A DNA stretch of 64,000 bases from Betaproteobacteria bacterium Ga0077532 (GTDB lineage Bacteria > Pseudomonadota > Gammaproteobacteria > Burkholderiales > Ga0077523). A program made the translations under genes and the position numbers. Below, piece after piece: positions 57,557-64,000 of this stretch. The stretch is from NCBI GenBank assembly GCA_001464895.1, contig LNEE01000062.1, forward strand, positions 64,333 to 128,332, in the 5' to 3' direction. Numbering within the stretch: position 1 is the first letter of the stretch; each line of letters opens with the position of its first letter. The notes below the pieces were generated by a model that saw only the letters and a list, made by a program, of their open reading frames with translations, ran no database searches and was not told where the DNA came from.

Positions 57557-58416
57557 CGGACGACCGACAATGCGGCTGGCGCGTCCGGCAGTTCGATCTC
57601 GCCGTCGAAGACGGTCTCGGCGGGGCCGGTCATCATGACCGGGGCACCCTCGCCGTCCCAGCGGACGACGAGTTCGCCGCCGCGGGTGGCCACGCGCACG
57701 GGGCTGTCGAGCAGACCGCGACGGATGCCGGCCACCACCGCGGCGCAGGCACCGGTGCCGCAGGCGAGCGTTTCTCCGGCGCCCCGCTCGTACACGCGAA
57801 GGCGCACTGCGTGCCGGTCGACGACCTGCAGGAACCCCGCATTCACGCGCTGCGGGAAACGGGGGTGTGCCTCGATGAGCGGGCCCTCCGTCGCGACCGG
57901 CGCGCGATCGACGTCATCCACGATCTGCACCGCGTGCGGATTGCCCATCGACAGCACGCTGATCTCGCGCATGGTGCCGGCAACGTCGAGGCTGTGCGTG
58001 ATCGCAGCGGCGGGCGCATCGAACGGGATGCGCACGGGATCGAAGATGGGCGGACCCATGTCGACCGTGACGCGGCCGTCGGGCTCGAGTCGCGGGACGA
58101 TCACGCCGGACATGGTCTCGACGCGGATCTCGCGCTTGTCGGTGAGCCCACGGTCGTGGACGAAACGGGCGAAGCAACGGGCACCGTTGCCGCACTGCTG
58201 TACCTCGCCGCCGTCGGCGTTGAAGATGCGGTAGAGGAAATCGGTGCCGGATGTGCGGGGCGCCTCGACCACGAGCATCTGATCGCAGCCGACGCCGAAT
58301 CGGCGATTGCTGAGGAGTCGGATCTGCACGGCGGTGAGCGGGATCGGCGCCTGCGTGGCATCGAGCACCACGAAGTCGTTCCCGGCGCCCTGCATCTTGG
58401 TGAAGCGCAATCTCAT
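57553..58416 (-). CDS. dapF: Diaminopimelate epimerase
   Basis: ORF is trimmed to the ATG at 58414-58416. [19 protein letters not shown], with both catalytic Cys contexts ([10 protein letters not shown] and ACGTGACA). Confidence 0.95.
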   Translation of the reverse strand: MRLRFTKMQGAGNDFVVLDATQAPIPLTAVQIRLLSNRRFGVGCDQMLVVEAPRTSGTDFLYRIFNADGGEVQQCGNGARCFARFVHDRGLTDKREIRVETMSGVIVPRLEPDGRVTVDMGPPIFDPVRIPFDAPAAAITHSLDVAGTMREISVLSMGNPHAVQIVDDVDRAPVATEGPLIEAHPRFPQRVNAGFLQVVDRHAVRLRVYERGAGETLACGTGACAAVVAGIRRGLLDSPVRVATRGGELVVRWDGEGAPVMMTGPAETVFDGEIELPDAPAALSVVR

Positions 58417-58949
58417 CGACCGGCCGCCATGGACGGCAGCGGTGCGAGCGCCTTCGACATGATGTGGTCGTCCATCACGAAGCCGTTGCCGATGTCGAAC
58501 ACCGCGGAATCGGTGATCTCGAAGCCGTGCTTGCGATAGGCGCCGATGGCCGAGGCATTGTTCTTGTTCACCTGGAGATAGAGCCTGTGGCAGCCGAGGG
58601 ATCGTGCCTCCTGTTCGACGTGCTGCAGGAGGATGCCGCCGTGACCCCGACCGCGTTCGGTGTAGCGGATGTAGAGCTTGTCGATCTTCAGCTCCCCGGG
58701 AGCGGCGCCGAGCTCGTACTGAACGAAACCCGTCAGGATGCCGTCGCAGTGGAGGGTGTCCCACCAGACCCCTTCCTGGGAGAGCTGCGCCAGGATGACC
58801 GGCGGCGCGTAGCGCTGGGCGAGCATGTAGTCGATCTGCGACTGTCCGATGATACTCGCGTAGTGGTGCTGCCATGTGTCGCGGGTCAGCGCGACGAGGG
58901 CATCGATCTCCCCGGCGCGCAGAGGCCCGATCTGCAGATCATCACGCAT
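58413..58949 (-). CDS. GNAT-family N-acetyltransferase
   Basis: 178 aa with the acetyl-CoA motif [24 protein letters not shown] and AYRKHGF. The stop overlaps the dapF start by 4 nt. Confidence 0.85.
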   Translation of the reverse strand: MRDDLQIGPLRAGEIDALVALTRDTWQHHYASIIGQSQIDYMLAQRYAPPVILAQLSQEGVWWDTLHCDGILTGFVQYELGAAPGELKIDKLYIRYTERGRGHGGILLQHVEQEARSLGCHRLYLQVNKNNASAIGAYRKHGFEITDSAVFDIGNGFVMDDHIMSKALAPLPSMAAGR

Positions 58950-59060
58950 GCGTTCTCCTCCTCATGTCCTCGGTGACTCGTGATCCTGCCTTGTCATGCG
59001 TGGCCCCGAAAGGGCGGCAGGGCACCGGATCGGTCGATGCGGCCCGCGGCACCTGCGATG

Positions 59061-59933
59061 TCAATACACGCGGGGAGCACCTTCGGGCCGGGTCTTGAAG
59101 CGCTTGTGCAGCCACAGGTACTGCTCCGGCATCTCGAGAATGCGCGCCTCGATGAAGGCATTCATCCGCCGGGTGTCGTCCTCCACGCTGTCGCCGGGGT
59201 AATTGTCCCATGCCGGATAGGCACGGATCACGTACCCCTCTCCGCCGGGCAACTGGCGTATCACGACCGGCACGATGGGCGCCCGGGTGAGGCGGGCGAT
59301 CCGCGAGAGCGCGGTGACCGTCGCCGTCTCCACGCCGAAGAACGGCACGAAGATCGAATCGCGCGCGCCGAGATCCATGTCGGGCGAGAGCTGCAGGGAG
59401 TAACCGTCACGGTAACCGCGCAGGATCGACTTCACGCCCTCGTTGCGAGCGATGAGCTTCGCCCCGTTGAAGCGGGAACGCACCCGCAGCAGGAACTCGT
59501 CGAAGAACCGGTTCTTCTGATGGGCGTACACGGCAATGCCCCGGTATTCGAGCGTGAGCCGGATCCCTTCGAGGTCCAGCGCCGCGAAGTGCGGCACGAG
59601 CAGGATGAAGCGGCCGTCCGGAGGAACGTGATGCCAGTCCTCCAGACGCACCACGCTGCGCAACCGCTCCTCGGAACCGAACCACGCGATCGACGATTCG
59701 AGCAGGGCCCGACCGAAGCACTGGAAGTGACGCCGGGCGACCGACTCGCGTTCCGCGTCGGTCCAATGGGGGAAGCACAGTGCGAGGTTCGTGCGCACGA
59801 CATGACGCCGCTCGCGGGACGCCAGGAAGAGGACCCGCCCGAGGCCGCGGCCCATCGGCGCGAGCACCGACAGCGGCAGATGATGCATCAGGCGGAAGAC
59901 CCCGAGGAGGGCGCGAAGCGGGAGGTCGGTCAT
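59061..59933 (-). CDS. lpxL: Lipid A late (lauroyl/myristoyl) acyltransferase, LpxL/HtrB family
   Basis: ORF is trimmed to the ATG at 59931-59933. It has the HX4D-type block LLVPHFAALDLEG, and ends PEQYLWLHKRFKTRP. Confidence 0.85.
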   Translation of the reverse strand: MTDLPLRALLGVFRLMHHLPLSVLAPMGRGLGRVLFLASRERRHVVRTNLALCFPHWTDAERESVARRHFQCFGRALLESSIAWFGSEERLRSVVRLEDWHHVPPDGRFILLVPHFAALDLEGIRLTLEYRGIAVYAHQKNRFFDEFLLRVRSRFNGAKLIARNEGVKSILRGYRDGYSLQLSPDMDLGARDSIFVPFFGVETATVTALSRIARLTRAPIVPVVIRQLPGGEGYVIRAYPAWDNYPGDSVEDDTRRMNAFIEARILEMPEQYLWLHKRFKTRPEGAPRVY

Positions 59934-60796
59934 GCCGCCTCCTGGGGACGGGGAGGCGCCCGACGCGGCGCCTTGTAGCGGTTGTAGCTCCAGAGATACT
60001 GCTCGGGACAGCGACGGACGACGCTTTCCACGGCGGCATTCAGCAGGGCCGCACCGTCGGGCGCTGCCAGATCGGCATCGAGTGCCTCGAGGGTCAGAGC
60101 GAATCCGGCGCCCTTGGGAAGTCGTCGCGCAAATGCGATCAGTACGACGCAATCCGTGGCCTTCTGCAGTCGACCGACCAGGGTCATCGTGAATGCGGGG
60201 CGCCCGAAGAACGGAGCCCAGGCCCCTTCGCCGAAGCCGGGGACCTGGTCGGGGAGCAGGCCCACGGCCTCGCCTGCACGCAGGGCCTTGAGGAGTCGAC
60301 GAACTCCGGTGAGAGTGGTCGGCGCGAGGGTGCCCAGACCGCCCGTGCGGCCCGCGCGGAGGAGGGGTTCGAGCCAGGCGAGCTTCGGCGGTCGGTAGAG
60401 GATGGTGATCGGCAGTTTGCGCGCGGCGTGGAGCGCAGCGATCTCGAAGCAACCGATATGGGGCGTGAGGAACAGCACGCCGCGGCCGGCTGCGCGGGCG
60501 GCATCGACGAGTTCCCATCCGTGCACCGCACGCATCAGCGCATCGGCGCGTTCGGGCGGGCGGAACCAGATGGCGGGGAGTTCGAGCGCGCCCTTGCCGA
60601 GTTCGGCCACGACCCGCCGGCGCAGGCGGGCAAGATCTGCCGGGTCGCGCGCCACAGCGCTCGCTGCGAGATTCTCGGACAGACGCCGCGCGTAACGGGG
60701 AGACGCAAGGTAGACCAGCCAGCCCGCCATCGCGCCCAGCCCGTGCAGCCAGCGCAGAGGTAGCTGCGCCAGGGCGCGCAGCAGGAATGCAAGCAT
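59930..60796 (-). CDS. Second LpxL/LpxM-family lipid A late acyltransferase paralogue
   Basis: 288 aa with [13 protein letters not shown] and a C-terminal [12 protein letters not shown]. Its stop overlaps the downstream paralogue start by 4 nt. Confidence 0.82.
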   Translation of the reverse strand: MLAFLLRALAQLPLRWLHGLGAMAGWLVYLASPRYARRLSENLAASAVARDPADLARLRRRVVAELGKGALELPAIWFRPPERADALMRAVHGWELVDAARAAGRGVLFLTPHIGCFEIAALHAARKLPITILYRPPKLAWLEPLLRAGRTGGLGTLAPTTLTGVRRLLKALRAGEAVGLLPDQVPGFGEGAWAPFFGRPAFTMTLVGRLQKATDCVVLIAFARRLPKGAGFALTLEALDADLAAPDGAALLNAAVESVVRRCPEQYLWSYNRYKAPRRAPPRPQEAA

Positions 60797-60881
60797 CGGG
60801 GATTTCGTGTCGTCTTCGGGTCGGGCAGGGATTCTGCTACCCTCGCACGCTACCTATTCCAAACGCGCGAAGGCTAGTGAC

Positions 60882-62039
60882 ATGAGCGAGTTTCTCTTCA
60901 CCTCGGAATCCGTGTCCGAAGGACATCCGGACAAGGTTGCAGATCAGATTTCCGATGCGGTGCTGGACGCGATCTTAGCCCAGGACCGCTTCTCCCGCGT
61001 CGCCGCCGAGACGCTCGTGAACACCGGGCTGGTCGTCATGGCCGGCGAGATCACGACGAATGCAATCGTCGACTACCAGCAGGTCGCGCGCGACACCATC
61101 AAGCGCATCGGCTACGACAACACCGATTACGGCATCGACTACCGCGGTTGCGCGGTGCTCGTGGCCTACGACAAGCAGTCGCCCGACATCGCCCAGGGCG
61201 TGAACGAAGGGCAGGGCATCGACCTCGACCAGGGTGCGGGCGACCAGGGCCTCATGTTCGGCTACGCGTGCGACGAGACCGCGCAGCTGATGCCGATGGC
61301 CATCCACCTCTCGCACAGGCTCGTGGAACGCCAGTCAGAACTCCGCCGCGATGGCCGCCTGCCGTGGCTGCGCCCGGACGCGAAGTCCCAGGTCACCGTC
61401 CGGTACGTGAACGGCCGTCCCGACTCGATCGACACGGTGGTGCTCTCCACGCAGCACGCCCCCGAGATGACGCACAAGCAGATCGAGGAAGCTGTCATCG
61501 AGCACATCGTGAAGCCGGTGCTGCCGAAGGAACTGATGAAGGGCGAGGTGCGCTACCTCATCAACCCGACCGGCAAGTTCGTGGTCGGCGGCCCGCAGGG
61601 TGATTGCGGCCTGACCGGCCGCAAGATCATCGTCGACACTTACGGTGGCTCGGCGCCGCACGGCGGTGGCGCCTTCTCAGGAAAGGACCCTTCCAAGGTC
61701 GACCGCTCCGCCGCCTACGCCGCGCGCTACGTGGCCAAGAACATCGTGGGTGCGGGCCTCGCCTCGAAGTGCCTGGTGCAGGTGTCGTACGCGATCGGTA
61801 TCGCCAAGCCGACGAGCATCATGGTGACGACCTACGGCACGGGCAAGGTGTCGGACGAGAAGCTGGCGGAACTGGTGAAGCAGCACTTCGATCTGCGTCC
61901 GAAGGGCATCGTGCAGATGCTCGACCTGCTGCGCCCGATCTACCAGAAGACGGCCGCCTACGGCCACTTCGGCCGCGAAGAGCCGGAGTTCACGTGGGAA
62001 GCGCTCGACAAGGCGGCTGCGTTGAAGGCGTCGGCCTGA
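60882..62039 (+). CDS. metK: S-adenosylmethionine synthase
   Basis: From the ATG at 60882: [32 protein letters not shown]. Also [12 protein letters not shown] and [19 protein letters not shown]. Confidence 0.96.
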   Translation: MSEFLFTSESVSEGHPDKVADQISDAVLDAILAQDRFSRVAAETLVNTGLVVMAGEITTNAIVDYQQVARDTIKRIGYDNTDYGIDYRGCAVLVAYDKQSPDIAQGVNEGQGIDLDQGAGDQGLMFGYACDETAQLMPMAIHLSHRLVERQSELRRDGRLPWLRPDAKSQVTVRYVNGRPDSIDTVVLSTQHAPEMTHKQIEEAVIEHIVKPVLPKELMKGEVRYLINPTGKFVVGGPQGDCGLTGRKIIVDTYGGSAPHGGGAFSGKDPSKVDRSAAYAARYVAKNIVGAGLASKCLVQVSYAIGIAKPTSIMVTTYGTGKVSDEKLAELVKQHFDLRPKGIVQMLDLLRPIYQKTAAYGHFGREEPEFTWEALDKAAALKASA

Positions 62040-62051
62040 CGTAGGCACGCT

Positions 62052-62111
62052 CCGCATCCCTCGCGGATGCGGACGAAAAAAAAGCCGCCACGACATTCGT
62101 GGCGGCTTTTT
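62052..62111. terminator. Bidirectional intrinsic terminator between metK and the DEAD-box helicase gene
   Basis: Hairpin 1 is CCGCATCC-CTCGC-GGATGCGG (62052-62072). Hairpin 2 is a perfect 9-bp stem GCCGCCACG-ACATT-CGTGGCGGC (62084-62106). Hairpin 2 is flanked by A8 (62076-83) and T5 (62107-11), so a U-tract follows the stem on both strands. Confidence 0.8.
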
Positions 62112-62126
62112 CGTTGGGGCAATCGA

Positions 62127-63422
62127 TCAGCGGGTGCCGGTCTTCCGGGCCGGGCCCGAACCACCTTCGCGACGACCTTCGAAGCGCGAACCGCCGGGGC
62201 GGCTGTGACGCTGCGGGCCGGGACGGGCCGGGGAGGCTGCGCGCTGGGTCGGCTCCAGACCTTCGATCACCGCGACCGGGATGCGCTGGTCGGTGAAGCG
62301 TTCGATGGTGCGGATCTTCCGGATCTCGGCATGCTCGGCCAGGGTGACGGCGATGCCCGTGCGACCGGCGCGGCCCGTGCGACCGATGCGGTGCACGTAG
62401 TCTTCCGCGGCGATCGGCAGACCGTAGTTGATGACGTGACTGATGGTCGGAACGTCGATGCCGCGGGCTGCAACATCGGTGGCTACCAGCACGCGCAGGC
62501 GACCCTGCCGAAGGCTCGTCAGCGTGCGCGTGCGGATGCTCTGCGGCATGCCGCCGTGGAGCGCTGCCACCGCGTGGCCATCGGCTTCCAGCTGTTCGGC
62601 CACGCGTTCGGCATCCCGCTGGGTCGCCGTGAACACGATGGCCTGGTCGATGGTCGGGTCAGCCAGCAGACGGTCGAGCAGGCGATCCTTGTGGGTACGA
62701 CCGTCGGCCCAGTGCAGGCACTGGGTGATGTGGTCCTGGCGCTCGCGGGAGGACTCGAGCTCGACGCGCTGGGGTTCGTTCATCAGGTTCGCAGCGAGCT
62801 TTGCCACGGTGCCGTCGAGCGTCGCGGAGAACAACAGCGTCTGGCGGGTCTTCGGCGTGGCGGCTGCGATGGCTTCGATGTCTTCGATGAAGCCCATGTC
62901 GAGCATCCGATCGGCTTCGTCCAGCACCAGCACCTCGACGCGAGCGAGCGAGAGGCGGCCACCGTTCAGCAGGTCGAGCAGACGGCCGGGCGTCGCGATC
63001 AGCACGTCGAGCGGGGCGCGCACGGCACGGAGCTGGGCGCCGTACGGCACGCCACCGACGACGGAAGCCGTGCGGAGCCAGCGGAGGGAGCGGCCGTAGG
63101 TTTCGCAGGCACGGGTCACCTGGAGCGACAGCTCGCGGGTGGGTGTGAGCACGAGAATGCTGGGGCCGGCACCGGCGACGGCGCGGACATCGCGGGTCAC
63201 GAGGCGGTGCAGGGAAGGCAGAAGGAAGGCGGCCGTCTTGCCGCTGCCCGTGGCGGACGACACCATGAGGTCGGTGCCGGCGATGGCCCTGGGAATGGCG
63301 GCGCTCTGGACGGGCGTGGGTTCGGTGTAGCCGGAAACGGCAACAGCCTGGACGAGGGAATCGTGAAGGCCGAGCGCTGCAAAGCCTTCGGCGCCGGCGA
63401 TGGCCGGGGCGGAATCAGTCAT
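62127..63422 (-). CDS. DEAD-box ATP-dependent RNA helicase (RhlE-like)
   Basis: ORF is trimmed to the ATG at 63420-63422. It has the Q-motif context GYTEPTPVQ, then ATGSGKTAAF, VLDEADRMLDMGF, SAT and HRIGRTGRAG. The C-terminal tail is R/G-rich. Confidence 0.92.
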   Translation of the reverse strand: MTDSAPAIAGAEGFAALGLHDSLVQAVAVSGYTEPTPVQSAAIPRAIAGTDLMVSSATGSGKTAAFLLPSLHRLVTRDVRAVAGAGPSILVLTPTRELSLQVTRACETYGRSLRWLRTASVVGGVPYGAQLRAVRAPLDVLIATPGRLLDLLNGGRLSLARVEVLVLDEADRMLDMGFIEDIEAIAAATPKTRQTLLFSATLDGTVAKLAANLMNEPQRVELESSRERQDHITQCLHWADGRTHKDRLLDRLLADPTIDQAIVFTATQRDAERVAEQLEADGHAVAALHGGMPQSIRTRTLTSLRQGRLRVLVATDVAARGIDVPTISHVINYGLPIAAEDYVHRIGRTGRAGRTGIAVTLAEHAEIRKIRTIERFTDQRIPVAVIEGLEPTQRAASPARPGPQRHSRPGGSRFEGRREGGSGPARKTGTR

Positions 63423-63842
63423 GAACTTCTCCAATGCATCGGGTGCCTGCCGTCCGGAAGGGACGTGGCACCTCGGGTGAGTCGCGGTTTTCGCGACGGC
63501 ATCGCCGCCAACCACGATCTCCCGATGCAAATCCGGGAACGAGAAGTCAGAGCCGATGAGGAATGCACATTTCGCTGTCCGTGACTGCAGGACTGGAAAC
63601 GCGAGGCGTGGAAGATACACGCGCTTGTGCGCCGCAGCAACCGAAATCTCTCGGCAGCGAGGTTCGGCGGCATTGCGAAGCGCTCGGAGCATGGCCCAGC
63701 CCCTGCGACCACCCCCATGTCCCGGAGCGCGAACCCCGAGAGCGGTGACGGCACGCATCGAGTACTCAGGATCACGGACCAGACGACCGTTACGGAGGAT
63801 CCTTGCTCCAGGGCCGGCGAGCGGCCGGCGCCCGTGGGCTAG

Positions 63843-64000
<158 letters not shown>

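Noticed and set aside
60797-60881. SAM riboswitch upstream of metK
   Set aside because: The leader is only 85 nt and I could not recognise SAM-I, SAM-II or SAM-V pseudoknot or kink-turn signatures by eye.

Overview
This is a visibly GC-rich proteobacterial chromosomal segment. The gene order looks beta- or gamma-proteobacterial: aroE-mtgA, dapF-DUF484(yigA)-xerC, tandem lipid A late acyltransferases divergent from metK, and hslVU. I can support about 60 protein-coding genes, nearly all housekeeping or envelope/metabolic. I saw no rRNA, tRNA, CRISPR array, transposase or phage genes.

Main blocks:
- A glycogen cluster: GH57 and glgC diverge from glgB-glgA, and glgP lies about 21 kb away.
- A complete nickel-pincer (Lar) cofactor system (larA-like, larC, larE, larB) packed directly behind glgA on the same strand.
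- A Liv-type ABC importer whose substrate-binding protein gene is reduced to a 135-codon remnant.
- A translationally coupled run: MacA-like adaptor, LolC/E-like permease, LolD-like ATPase, DUF481 barrel, PagL-like lipid A deacylase, 2-hydroxyacid dehydrogenase. A GntR regulator and a di-iron lipid-hydroxylase-like gene precede it.
- A Doc/AbrB-type toxin-antitoxin pair in a lower-GC patch.
- A tandem-STAS protein 10 nt upstream of hslVU.
- A family of about 90-bp composite REP/BIME-like palindromic elements in four intergenic sites.

The six-frame track contains many very long ORFs that are antisense shadows of real genes, as expected in GC-rich DNA. I rejected these. Family names are from motif recognition by eye, no searches were run, and start codons are my best reading.
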